A stretch of 63,514 nt of DNA, counting the filler, from Reclinomonas americana ATCC 50394 (lineage: Eukaryota): the NCBI GenBank assembly GCA_048213135.1. It is 5 parts of 5 records of this genome, joined end to end, with 100 filler letters (N's around TTAATTAATTAA, not from the genome) between each part and the next. Parts side by side here need not be neighbours in the genome. Positions count along the whole stretch, not along the records: positions 1 to 14,016 come from PS015532.1; 4 more parts are not named here. One strand, given 5' to 3'. The notes below the pieces were generated by a model. That model saw only the letters and a program-made list of their open reading frames with translations. It was not told the origin of the DNA and did no database searches. Positions 1 to 11,055 of this stretch are shown piece by piece. Made by a program: the position numbers and the translations under genes. Every line of letters begins with the position of its first letter. Positions within the stretch are counted from its first letter, which is position 1.

Positions 1-615
1 TGCCCATGCCTGCTTCCAGGCCCACCAAGGTACAGTAGGCGACGTAGCGTAGCGCATGTTGAAGCTGTTTCGTCTCACACGTGTTTCCTCCACACAGTGG
101 TCGAGAAGAGCCTGAAGGCGGCTCTGTTTGCCGCCGGCCGGCCGGTGTACGCCACCCACTCGATCACGACGCAGGCGCGCGAGTGCCTCACGATTGAGCC
201 GTCGGTCGGACTGAACGCCACCGAGTTGCTCGAGTGCGTCCGCATCGTCAAGAGCTATTACTCGACCACGCGCTACCCATCGCGCCGTCGCGTTGAGGCC
301 GGTGCCGCGCCTGCCGACCGTTTCCAGGCAGCCGAGGCCGCCGAGGCCATTCGTCTCGTTCGACAAGTGTTCGACCTCGTTCGTGCATTCGTCGAGCAGC
401 AGGCCCGCATCGTCATGCCCGGCAGTTCCGCCATCAACCTGGCCTCTGTTGCAGGTGGTGAGTGCAAGCATTATTATCCTGCGAAGAGCAATACACACAG
501 AACAGTACCTAATTCTTTTTCTGCCACTCCCTCCACAGCCTTGGCGGACTCGTCGGAGACTGAGGACGACGACGGAAGCGACAGCGTCACCGGAAGCGAC
601 GTCGACTCCGAGTGA
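1..615 (+). CDS. 3' end of a HEPN-domain protein (sacsin-like C-terminus) with acidic tail; 5' truncated by window edge
   Basis: Splicing intron 30-97 (GT..AG) gives AHACFQAHQ-VVEKSLKAALFA...THS...YYSTTRYP...PADRF...A.EA, the motif series of sacsin-type HEPN domains. A second, in-frame intron is likely at 458-538. Stop TGA 613-615. Confidence 0.75.
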   Translation, partial: CPCLLPGPPRYSRRRSVAHVEAVSSHTCFLHTVVEKSLKAALFAAGRPVYATHSITTQARECLTIEPSVGLNATELLECVRIVKSYYSTTRYPSRRRVEAGAAPADRFQAAEAAEAIRLVRQVFDLVRAFVEQQARIVMPGSSAINLASVAGGECKHYYPAKSNTHRTVPNSFSATPSTALADSSETEDDDGSDSVTGSDVDSE

Positions 616-741
616 GGCGCACCAACACTCCACTGCTGACACAGTGCTCCTCCTTCAAGTAGCCGTGTTTCGATATCTTGAGGAGTCTGATTGCCAATGA
701 AAAACACGGCTGATCCCCCTCTTGTTAACCAACATCCATCA

Positions 742-2096
742 TTAGTCTTCTACCGCGCCGTTAATGCTCGCATACACTTGTCGAACGTTGAGATTGACGC
801 GACTGGTCGCTACAGCACCCACGCCATTTGAGTCCATACAGAGAGAGAGAGGCAAACAGATCGTAGATGCACACACATACCCATATAATCGGCAATGTCG
901 GGCCACTGTCGATGAACACGTTCCGCAAGCGGCTGCAACTCTTCCACGGCCGCCGAGTCGCTGTCACCTCGCACGACTGCCAGCGCGTCGGCCGAAAGCA
1001 GGCACTCGGCAAAATGGGCAGGCGACGTTCCACTAAAGATGCGTGGCACACCTGGTCGCGCACAACAAAGGTCAGGGAGAGAGCTTCACACATACACGCA
1101 AACAAACACATCTATCTGCACACACACCGTGATAGCACACACGAGCGTAGTCGCCCAACATGACCACATCGCCCGAGTGCAACAGCAGCGGCACCGGCGC
1201 CTCTTCCTTGGTGCGATGCCCCAGCAGAAAAATGCAGTCGCACCCCAGACTGCACATCGCAGCAGTCAACAAGAGGAGCGATACACACACAAACCACAAA
1301 CACGCACACCTCACGGACACCACCGGCGCCTCCATGGTCTCCTCCACGTCGTCCAAGTGCCCATTGAGCGTCGAATCGTGATGGTAGTAGTTGACAATGG
1401 CTGCCTCGGGAGCCATACGAACGCCGACCGCATCACAGGCCATCGCCAGCAGGCGCGCCACATCGGCAGGGAACGGCGAGTGCCGATCGCGACTGTACGT
1501 CCGCTCCGACCAGTTGTAGTGATACCCTGTGCAGGCCGAAGAAGATCAGCTCCAGTCGATCGCCTGCAACTTCTTCCCCTCATTTCGCCCAGCCTCCTCA
1601 CCCAGCGTGGTCCACCGCAACGCGCGCCGCTTGGCCTCACTGGTCGAAGAGACACGCCAAAAGTCGTCAAAGAGTCCATCAAAGGGCGTGAGGTTGGTCA
1701 AGTGTGGCGCATTGGGCAGCTCACAGAGCGAGCGCCACACCAAGTACTGCTGTTGCACGGGCGAGAAGAATCGCGGGAGAACCACCAGACCGGGATGCGA
1801 TCGAAGTGAGAATGCAATCTCAGAGAGATGCTGCTGAATGCGTGAGTGGTCTGCGACAAGAGAGGAGTGTGTGTCGCACACGCTCTCACCACCACAAGAG
1901 GGCTGTCGATGGGAGGCTGGTACGTGTCAATCACATCTTCCTCATGCTTTCTCGTGTCAATGCCGATCAAAGTCGACTTGTTTCGCTTTTGTGGTGGTGG
2001 GCGTCGGAAGCGCTTCTCTGCCTGCTTGAAGGCGTTCACTGTGGGCGCACTGGAGCTTCCTCCCCCAACGTTGTCGTCGTCGGCGTTGGCGTACAT
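742..2096 (-). CDS. ALKBH1: AlkB homolog 1, Fe(II)/2-oxoglutarate dioxygenase (multi-exon)
   Basis: Exons encode AFKQAEKRFR, HPGLVVLPRFFS, LRWTTLG-YHYNW, PEAAIVNYY..STLNGHLDDVE (HxD), SLGCDCIFLLG, LHSGDVVMLG..R.CYHGVPRI and RVNLNVRQV; stop TAA at 742-744. Confidence 0.9.
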
Positions 2097-2134
2097 GACA
2101 CGAAAAAAAATTAGAAAATGAAGCAAAAAGGGTG

Positions 2135-2207
2135 CGCCACGTGGGGGACTCGAACCCCCAACCCTCAGATTAAAAGTCTGATGCTCTACCGATTGAGCTA
2201 ACGAGGC
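2135..2207 (-). tRNA. tRNA-Lys (anticodon UUU), intronless
   Basis: Minus strand reads GCCTCGTTAGCTCAATCGGTAGAGCATCAGACTTTTAATCTGAGGGTTGGGGGTTCGAGTCCCCCACGTGGCG: 73 nt, D arm, anticodon arm TCAGA-CTTTTAA-TCTGA, TTCGA T-loop; followed by T-runs (Pol III terminator). Confidence 0.95.
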
Positions 2208-2212
2208 GACGA

Positions 2213-5091
2213 TCAGCTGCAGAAATCGCCGCTAATGCTGCCGCGGATGCACCGCGGGAGCAGGTCGTCGCGGCCTCCGCTCGCCACCAGGATCTCGCGG
2301 ACGCGCTCCCAGAACAGCGTCGCCAGCATGTCTTGATCCCACTGCGACAAATAACATGTGAGCTTTTTTTTTTGCTTCTGAGCGCCCCTTGCGTGAGAAC
2401 AGACCTTGAAAAAGTGCACCGAGCCCATGGTCACCACGACAAAGGTGCACGTCAACTCGCGTGCCAGTGCGCTGTCGTCCCAGTCACGATCTGCGAGTGC
2501 CACACAGTTGTCAGTCTTACAGGTGTGCGCGGGTGCACGGGGGTGGTGGCGATCAGTGGCGCACCGGAGGCGCCAGAGAGGGCGCCGAAGCTGGAGTTGG
2601 CCACCATCTCGGCCGACGCCACATCTTGCTCTCGCCGGGGGAACATCTGATACACGCCAAACACTGGTCTCGGCAATTGCAGTTGTGCTCGTACGTGAAC
2701 CACCAGCGGTGGAAGCGGACCGGCCAGGTAGTCGCTCAGCAAGGCCGGTGTGTCCGCTGCAGCGAAACAGGAGAAAAGTCAGCGTGCATTCACGACAGCT
2801 ACTGAGGAGGATTGCCACGACAGCGCACCGACGAGTTCGTCTTCACTCTGCTGCAGCGCACCCTACAAGAGCACAGTTATTCGGGGGTGAAGGCGTGTGG
2901 TTCCTCCGCATGCGCGCGCTCACCTCGAATGCAAAATTGAAGTGCTGCCGGCTGCGTTGAATCAGTGCCCACGGCACGCGCACCGTGGAGAGGAGCTGCA
3001 GTGATCCAGTGTATGTGCCAATGGCCGCACACAATGGACCCTCTTCCGCGTCATCGCCGACCGCCGAAGTCACATGCGGGACCAGCACTCGCTGCGACAG
3101 CTGCGACACGATTCAATTCCACGGCACACCGACGAGCACATCACACACACGTATGTACAGACCTGCAACTGTGATTCCACGCGGCAGCAACACATGATTG
3201 AGTCCAGTCGGCCGCTACTCTCGCGACTGCCGCCTCCGCCGCCACCTCCACCGCTGCTGCTGTCCGCGCCGAGTGCAATCATCCGTTTCCGATCGTCGTC
3301 GTCGTCGTCGTCATCGTCGTCGTCGGAGTTGGTGCCTTCGCCCACGCTAATCGGCGACAAGGCTCCGCCTGTGACAACCGACTGCGGTCCGGCGGCCACC
3401 GGTGACGGTGCCTCGGAAGGCGATCCGTCGCTGGTTCGCGGTGGTGGCGGTGGCGGTGTCGGCATGCAAAGCGAAGCGCCGGATGCCGACGAACCAATGA
3501 CACGGCCGATGAGGCCTCGTATTCTGTGTTCGACTTCGTCGCCGACAGTGGTGCCGAGTGTGAATTGCGCCACGGTCGGGGCGTGTCTTTCGGTACCACT
3601 CGGCGACAATATCGTATCTGCAGAGAAAGTGAGGCAGTGCAATGCAGGGCTGTGGGAAAGTGCGCGCGTCGCACCTGCATCGGGAAAGAGAGAGGTGGCC
3701 GGCAACGCGCATCGCTCTGGCAAATTGGCCGAGGCGTGTGCGGTAGCGGCGGCGCGCACTGCGCGTTCTACGTCCAGCTGGTGCACACGCCAGTGGCCCA
3801 TGGCACTGCAGATGAGCAACGCAGCACGAGGACAGTCGCCATGACGAGCCTTGCCACCGTTCTGCTGCTGCTGCTGCTGCTTTCGTTGTGCCGCCAATGC
3901 CTCCACTGCCGGGTGCGTGAGGACGGCGCCTGAGGCGTCTGTCTGCTGCTCCGCTCCAAACTCGGTGGTCAGCGGGCTGAGAACCTCCAAGGTGGAAACC
4001 GGTCCCTCCCACGTGAGCCTGCCGAATAGCAGCGTGAGAGAAATATATGAACGAGTACGCTGCATGACGGGGTGGCAAACCAGTCGGCGCTCCACTTGAG
4101 TGTCCGTGTGCACACGACACAAACACGCACGTGGCCATTCTGACAACCGATCGCATACACCTTTTGCGGTGGCGGTGCGTTGTCTGCATGCTGGTGACGG
4201 TGGTGGCCATGCTCATCACCACGCTCGTGGTCATGCGCACACGGGTAATGCGTGGTCACCACGGCACACACGGCTGTGGCTGGCAAGTCTCCCAACCAGG
4301 GTGTGATCTCGCGCGGCTCAATCTCCACAAAGCGCAGCGACCTACGCTCCAAGATAAACGTGTGCGCTCGCCGATCGGTGCCAAACAGCAGAAACATCTG
4401 CACCGGACGGTCAGCATCCCAGCTTTGCCACCACACAACAACACACACACACACACAAAAGAGTCGTACCTGCACACGATAGGCCTCGGCCGGCATCGCT
4501 CCTCCCAAATCACTGGCCGCAGTCGACGGCGCACCAGCGCTCGGAGCCGCCACGCTGTCTGTGGCGAGCGCCGACGGCATGAATCCCAGTTCGATGCACT
4601 GACTCTGGCCCGTGAGGTTGGTCGGATCATGCGCGTACGCCGTAAACACGTACAAGTACGCCNNNNNNNNNNNNNNNNNNNNNNNNNNNNNNNNNNNNNN
4701 NNNNNNNNNNNNNNNNNNNNNNNNNNNNNNNNNNNNNNNNNNNNNNNNNNNNNNNNNNNNNNNNNNNNNNNNNNNNNNNNNNNNNNNNNNNNNNNNNNNN
4801 NNNNNNNNNNNNNNNNNNNNNNNNNNNNNNNNNNNNNNNNNNNNNNNNNNNNNNNNNNNNTCGCTGCTCGTGCGCATGTGAGTGAGTGAGGGCACGCAAG
4901 GGCATGCAGATGCAAGTACCTCGACTGCTGGGAGAGGTTCGTGTTGCGGCAGAGGTTGTTGTGGCTGCTGCGGTGGAGGCTGCGGCGACGGCGGTGGCCG
5001 GCACCTCGCACACACAGATGGAGTGAATGTGGGCATGCTCGTCGGGGCGCAGTCGGATGGAGTGCAGCTCGGAGAGACAGTTGGAGAGCAT
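2213..5091 (-). CDS. KPTN: Kaptin-like protein (KICSTOR subunit, beta-propeller); spans a gap and has low-complexity insertions
   Basis: Colinear motifs match recalled kaptin: YLYVF..QCIELGFMP (CLNLELQFTP), MFLLFGTDRRAHTF (VFLLSGNDPAIHLY), YAIGCQNGHVRV (SALGCQSGYVRV), WEGPVS, LDSIMCC (FDSVLCS), AIGTY, FVVVTMGSVHFFK (LAVVSLKGVHILQ). Confidence 0.75.
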
Positions 5092-5151
5092 GGCGTGTGT
5101 GTGTGCGTGAGAGAGAGAGAGACAGAGACGACCAATGCAACAAGTGACAAT

Positions 5152-6823
5152 TTACTCTCGCGATTGTGCAGCAGAGACGGTGGCCATGGCCATGGCGCAA
5201 ACGGCTTCTGCGATGGTGGCCAGCGTAGGCCAGTTTGGCTGCGCTTGCTGGGCCAGCGCGGCAGCCGACTCGGCCATCTGCTTGGTGTTTTCCGCCAGGC
5301 GTGACACCGCCGTGGCTTGGTCTACGCGTTGGCGACCGGCGGCCGCAGATGCTACGCTCCCTGACGCTCCACTGCTTGACGCCCTACCGACGGCGAATCT
5401 CGGTTTGGCCGGAGGCGCAGCTGCGGAGGCTGCGGTACCGAATGGTGACAGCTTTGAGTCCGCTGCCACGGCAGTTGGTGAGATCAGGCCGAAACCTCCC
5501 GCTGCCGGAGAGCCGAATGCCACCTTTCCACTGAACGGCGACGGCTTGGCCGGCTCGCCTGTGGGCGAGGAAGCAGCAGCAGCAGCACCAAACGGATTCA
5601 CGCTAGCCGGCTGTTTGTCAGGTGCGGCAAACGGGTTCCGGACACCTGGCGACGCGGCCGCAGGAGGCTTGTCGGCCGCAGCAAAAGAACCAAAGCCGAA
5701 TCCGGCTGGTGGAGGGGCAGGAGCGGCAGCAGGAGCACCGAAGCCAAATGCTGATGCCTTGGCGGCAGGCGCAGCAGCTGGTGCAGCAGCAGCAACAGCG
5801 GCAGCAGGGGAACCGAAGCCAAACCCGGATGGCTTGGCGACTGGTGCGGCAGCAGCAGCAGCAGGCGCAGCGGCTACAGGCAGCTTGGCGGCAGGTGCAG
5901 CAGCAGCAACAGCGGGTGCAGCGGCAGCAGGGGAACCGAAGCCGAACCCTGATGGCTTGGCGGCAGGCGCAGCAGCAACAGCAACAGGCGCAGCAGCAAC
6001 AGCAACAGGCGCAGCAGCAACAGCAACAGGCGCAGCGGCAGCAGGGGAACCGAAGCCAAACCCGGATGGCTTGGCAGCAGGCGCAGCAGCAACAGCAACA
6101 GGCGCAGCGGCAGCAGGGGAACCGAAGCCGAATCCGGATGGCTTGGCGGCAGGTGCAGCAGCAACAGCAGCAGGTGCGGCGGCTACAGGAGCACCGAAGC
6201 CAAACGCTGATGGTTTGGCGGCAGGCGCAGCAGCAGCAACAGCGGGTGCGGCGGCTACAGGAGATCCAGGCGGCTTGGCAGCAGGCGCAGCGGCTACGGG
6301 AGCACCGAAGCCAAACACTGATACTTTGGCGGCAGGAGCAGCAACAGCAGGAGGTGCAGCGGCTGCAGGAGCACCAAAGCCGAACCCTGACGGCTTGGCG
6401 GCGGGAGCAGCAGCGGCGGCAGCAGGAGCTCCGAAGCCAAACCCTGACGGCTTGGCGGCAGGTGCAGCAGGCGCAGGGGCACCGAAGCCGAACGCTGATG
6501 GTTTGGCGGCAGGAGCAACAGCAGCAGGTGCAGCAGCAGGCGCAGGAGCACCGAAACCGAATCCAGATGGCTTGGCGGCAGCAACAGGCGCAGCAGCAGG
6601 GGCAGTAGGAGCAGAGGGGGCCGAGGGAATCGCCGCCTTGACACCAAAGCTAAACGATGCCTTGGCGACAGGCGCAGCAGGAGCCACCGGAGACGCAGGT
6701 GATGCGCCAAACGGATTCGGTTTCAGCGCTACAGGAACACTGCCGAGTGGGACTGCGCTCGGTGCTGCTTGCGCCACAGCGGGGGCATCAGCAGGCTTTG
6801 CCGCCCAATTGAACTTGAATCTA
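5152..6823 (-). CDS. FG-repeat (nucleoporin-like) low-complexity protein, main exon; first exon not resolved
   Basis: A dozen or more KPS(G/A)FGFG(A/S)PA repeats in Ala/Pro spacers plus NPFG/SPFG motifs; acceptor CACTATAG just upstream; short helical C-terminus. Confidence 0.65.
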
Positions 6824-8210
6824 TAGTGATGGAAGACGCGCAAGCAGTGAGTTGTTTTTGTGTGAACTCTCTCGCAAACACGCACACACATCCGCATACA
6901 CGTAAGGCAGTGGACGCAACGGTGAAGCAGCAGCAGGCTGAGGCACAAAGCACACACACACACACACACGCGCGGAGAAACATTGAGTTTTTTTCGACGT
7001 CACGCAGGAAGACGCAGTTTTGCATTCGTTCTGCACCTTGTCGCCACTGACTGGTGGTGGTGAAAGGATCGGCGGGAGTCCACGTTGGCCCTCCATCTTG
7101 ATGTCGTCGGTCGGGTCGATCTTGTGCATTCAGGACATGCAGTTAATGCATGGCGACGTCTGCCAGACGCGGCATGCATGCGTGTACTCGCATTCTGCGT
7201 GATTACATATGAGCACACGGTGCGTGTCCGGGGCCAGGCGCGCTTGCACTCGTTGTTGTCCGTGGCCGACGTTGGATTGAAACTTTGGGACAACAATTCT
7301 GACAGCGTGTTTAACACGCGTTTTCACGCCATTGTCAGAGTGTTGTCCGGCGATTTGCACTGCATGAACTGGACACGTACGAGCGGCACGGCCCTCGCGA
7401 TTCGGAGGTCCTTGCAGACTGCATGGTTATTTTCGCACGCGATCGCGAGTCGCCCGACACCGCAGCGCGCGCCTTCTCACGGCCCTTGTGCCCTGTCGGT
7501 GTGCGTGCCGGATGCTGCCACGTGCGTGTCATGTCGTCTTGTCGCGATTGGTCTGGGAGAAGCCGACGCCGGCCGTGTAATGTACCACGAATACAGGTGT
7601 TCCAATTTGGGACGGTGTGTTCTGAATGCAAGCAGAAAATCGCGGCGACGCGCCTCTCCCAAGCCAGCCAGGCTCTGCCAATGTGCCAGCGGCGCATTTC
7701 CAGCATTTCTCCTATCGTCCCGTTCACCGATGTCGACTGTGAGTTGTCACGAGAGTTTTTCTCGAGATCGCAATATCGACTGCAAGTTCGCCGCGCGTTC
7801 GGAGTTGGCACGACCCCCGGATCGTGCGCTGTGTCCTCGTACGTGCAAGCTCGCGTTGGAGAACACGTGGCACTGTTTATGCTGTGCTCTGTGAGAAGAT
7901 GAGCATTGCGAGCCCGGTGGCCTGTATTTAGATCGCGACTGAGGCGCGACTCGGCACTGCAGCGTCTGGTCAGTTGTTGTCGGATTTGATTATTTTGTAC
8001 TTTTCGGAGAGAACACAACAACACAACACACACCATGATCAGTTGCGCCAAAGCATGCTTTCTGTGCTGCAGCAGTTGTCGTGTCAGNNNNNNNNNNNNN
8101 NNNNNNNNNNNNNNNNNNNNNNNNNNNNNNNNNNNNNNNNNNNNNNNNNNNNNNNNNNNNNNNNNNNNNNNNNNNNNNNNNNNNNNNNNNNNNNNNNNNN
8201 NNNNNNNNNN

Positions 8211-10025
8211 GGTGCGTCGCCACCACAGGAGGCTGGTCGGCGGCGGAAGCGCGAGGAGCCGGAGCCGGAGGCCGATCACGAGCCGATGCATATGGATGCG
8301 GATCGTGACGCCGACGAAGGTAGCAGCAGCGTCTCCGATCGGGATCACGCCTCGATGGTCGGCGCGGACGAGCCACCACAGAAGCGTAGCAAGACGCTTT
8401 GCCGCTGCCACACACGTACGCCCGCACGACGTCGATACCACGACGGCGACGCCGGTGACGCTGACGCATCTGGAGACGAAGCAAGTGGAGCTCGCGTCGG
8501 ATTACTTCCGACAGCACTACCGGATCGGTGGTGGCCCGCGGCTGGAGATGCGCGCACTCATTCGTGAGGTGAACGAGCTGCTGCGTGTGCACCACTCGGC
8601 GCTGTCGGGCGGCGAGCCGACGGCCGCCTTCCGCGATTGGACGCAGACGAGTGCCGGGTGGCGCACCTTCTGCCGCGTGAACAAGGCCAACAGCGGCGTC
8701 CGCTACCACAGGCTCAGCAATCCGATCGCCGCGTCACTCCAGCCGGCGTCGCCACTCGCCGCACCCATCGTCGTCGCAGGGAATGGTGCGGCGGCGGCGG
8801 CGGCGGCTGCGGCGGCTGCGGCTGCAGCCTGCGCTCCGGGCTTTGCAGAGCAGCCGGATTTTCTCCCCAGCTCTCGCCTAATCTCCTCCTCCACTCAATG
8901 CGACACCGGGGACCTTCACGCCTCATAGCCAGCTGCAGCCAANNNNNNNNNNNNNNNNNNNNNNNNNNNNNNNNNNNNNNNNNNNNNNNNNNNNNNNNNN
9001 NNNNNNNNNNNNNNNNNNNNNNNNNNNNNNNNNNNNNNNNNNNNNNNNNNNNNNNNNNNNNNNNNNNNNNNNNNNNNNNNNNNNNNNNNNNNNNNNNNNN
9101 NNNNNNNNNNNNNNNNNNNNNNNNNNNNNNNNNNNNNNNNNNNNNNNNNNNNNNNNNNNNNNNNNNNNNNNNNNNNNNNNNNNNNNNNNNNNNNNNNNNN
9201 NNNNNNNNNNNNNNNNNNNNNNNNNNNNNNNNNNNNNNNNNNNNNNNNNNNNNNNNNNNNNNNNNNNNNNNNNNNNNNNNNNNNNNNNNNNNNNNNNNNN
9301 NNNNNNNNNNNNNNNNNNNNNNNNNNNNNNNNNNNNNNNNNNNNNNNNNNNNNNNNNNNNNNNNNNNNNNNNNNNNNNNNNNNNNNNNNNNNNNNNNNNN
9401 NNNNNNNNNNNNNNNNNNNNNNNNNNNNNNNNNNNNNNNNNNNNNNNNNNNNNNNNNNNNNNNNNNNNNNNNNNNNNNNNNNNNNNNNNNNNNNNNNNNN
9501 NNNNNNNNNCCAGCAAGTACGAGAAGGGCGGCGGTCAGAAGCTCAAGATGAAGGAGCTGCGAAACAGTGTCAACGACTTCCTCCGTCAAAACGTGCGTCG
9601 CTCTTTGTGTGTGCATCTCTCCCCCACCCGCCACGGCGGTCTTATTGTGTGTGTATGTGCAGCTTGGCATGGCCTTCAACGAGTGGACACAGGCGAGTTC
9701 CTCGTGGAACAAGTTTTGCCACGACAACCAAGCCAACAGCGACACACGCTTCCGAGAGCGCGACAAGGATGATTCTGGACGGAGTGCGCGAAGAAATGGT
9801 CGCACCTCGTCGCCGACGATGGAAACAGTGGTCACTGTCGCAACTACACCGGCGCCACCGCCGCCATTGATGCCTCAAACACAGTCGGTTCATTGCACTC
9901 CCGGATTCACTGCTGCCGGTCAGCCGCCACCGCCGCCGCCGCCGCCACAAGCACAGGCCGCGCATATGTTTCAATTGATGGAGACACACTTGGGACAGTC
10001 GCAGCAGCAACAGCAACCGAGGTAG
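8211..10025 (+). CDS. Hypothetical probable nuclear protein(s) with two copies of an unrecognised ~60-aa domain and a Pro/Gln-rich tail; one gene or a tandem pair (gap between copies)
   Basis: Basic clusters RRRKRE and PPQKRSK; two homologous blocks at ~8500-8715 and ~9511-9765; the second copy needs a canonical intron (GTGCGT..GCAG). Confidence 0.55.
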
Positions 10026-10178
10026 TCGCAGACGGTTTTGTGTCGCAGTGTTACTGCTGCTCGTGGAGCGGGCGCTGCGTGGTCGCTCCTTCCCTCCTTG
10101 AATGCCGTGGAGTGTTGATATTGGTGGTTTGTATGAATGAATGAATGAACGAATCCCACTTTGTCTTTCTTGCTTGCC

Positions 10179-10956
10179 ATGGAGACCGCACCACTGCCTG
10201 AGCAGCACGCGACGTACTCGGCGATGATCTCGCTGCTGAAGCACTCTGGCAGTGGCCAACCAGACGAGGAACCGCGACGACGACGACAACGACGACGCCC
10301 ACCCCCCGATGGCAAGTGACAACTCCCTCTTCTCCTTTCACTGCACTGCCCGCCACGTAACGCCGCGATGATTGACCTGCAGAGTCGACGATTGCGCTGC
10401 TGCGGATGCGACTGGAGAAGGACGGTGTGAGGCGAGAGCGACAGCCTCCACCAGCAGAGTCGACTGTGAATGTGATTGATGAGCGACACGTGCAACGCAT
10501 GCGACTGGCGACTCTGTTGGCACGTATCGACCGCCAGTTGAGTGGACCGGAGGTGGAGGCACAGGAGAATGAGGAGCAGGACGTTGATGCGCGAGAGCAG
10601 CGGGAGGTTGACAAGTTTGTGATCGCCGTCACTCGTCGTCTGGCGCACAGGCGATCGTCGCAGCGTGTGGAGGAGCAGCGGCGACGGTTGGTCGAGGCCG
10701 CTGCCATTGCGCTGCCGCCGGCGATGCGCGATACGACAGTGGTGCGTGCATGGGTGCGTGGGCGGAGTCTCATTGTTGTGCTCACTTACTCCATGCCTCC
10801 AATCGACAGCTGCAACCAGTGGTGCCTCGGCCGGCAAGCGAACAACGGACGCGCCGACTGCGTCATTACGTGGCCCAGGCAGATGTGGCAGAATGCCGTC
10901 AAGTGCTGGCCGAGTGTGCGCGTGTTCATGGTGGTGGTGGTGGTGGTGGCGAATGA
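10179..10956 (+). CDS. Hypothetical helical/coiled-coil protein, 3 exons, first intron GC-AG
   Basis: ATG 10179; intron 10312-10382 (G|GCAAGT..CTGCAG) joins in frame to ORF 10406 (MRLEKDG...); a second GTGCGT..ACAG intron leads to the last exon ending GGGGE*. Confidence 0.5.
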
Positions 10957-11055
10957 TTGATTCAAGATTCACACAATTCATTGGTTGTGTGTCGGAGGAG
11001 CATTTCCGTGCCCGGCAATTGCACCACGGTGCATTGCTATTCCTGTGGCGATTGC

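Noticed and set aside
97..460. HEPN domain as part of a prokaryotic toxin-antitoxin or anti-phage system
   Set aside because: Intron-containing, sacsin-type, at the C-terminus of a larger protein, with no nucleotidyltransferase partner seen
5810..6590. Regularly spaced ~25-nt direct repeats superficially resembling a CRISPR array
   Set aside because: They are coding FG repeats; spacers are GCA low-complexity, context is eukaryotic, and no cas genes are present
5135..6826. Long plus-strand ORFs (563 aa PKPNPDG repeats; Gln-rich 328 aa)
   Set aside because: Antisense shadows of the FG-repeat gene caused by GC-rich repetitive codons
7085..8087. Several overlapping ORFs between the FG gene and the gap
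   Set aside because: No recognisable motifs or consistent exon chain; cannot support a gene call
8923..9516. Long ORFs containing X runs here and at other gaps
   Set aside because: Artefacts of translating N-gaps
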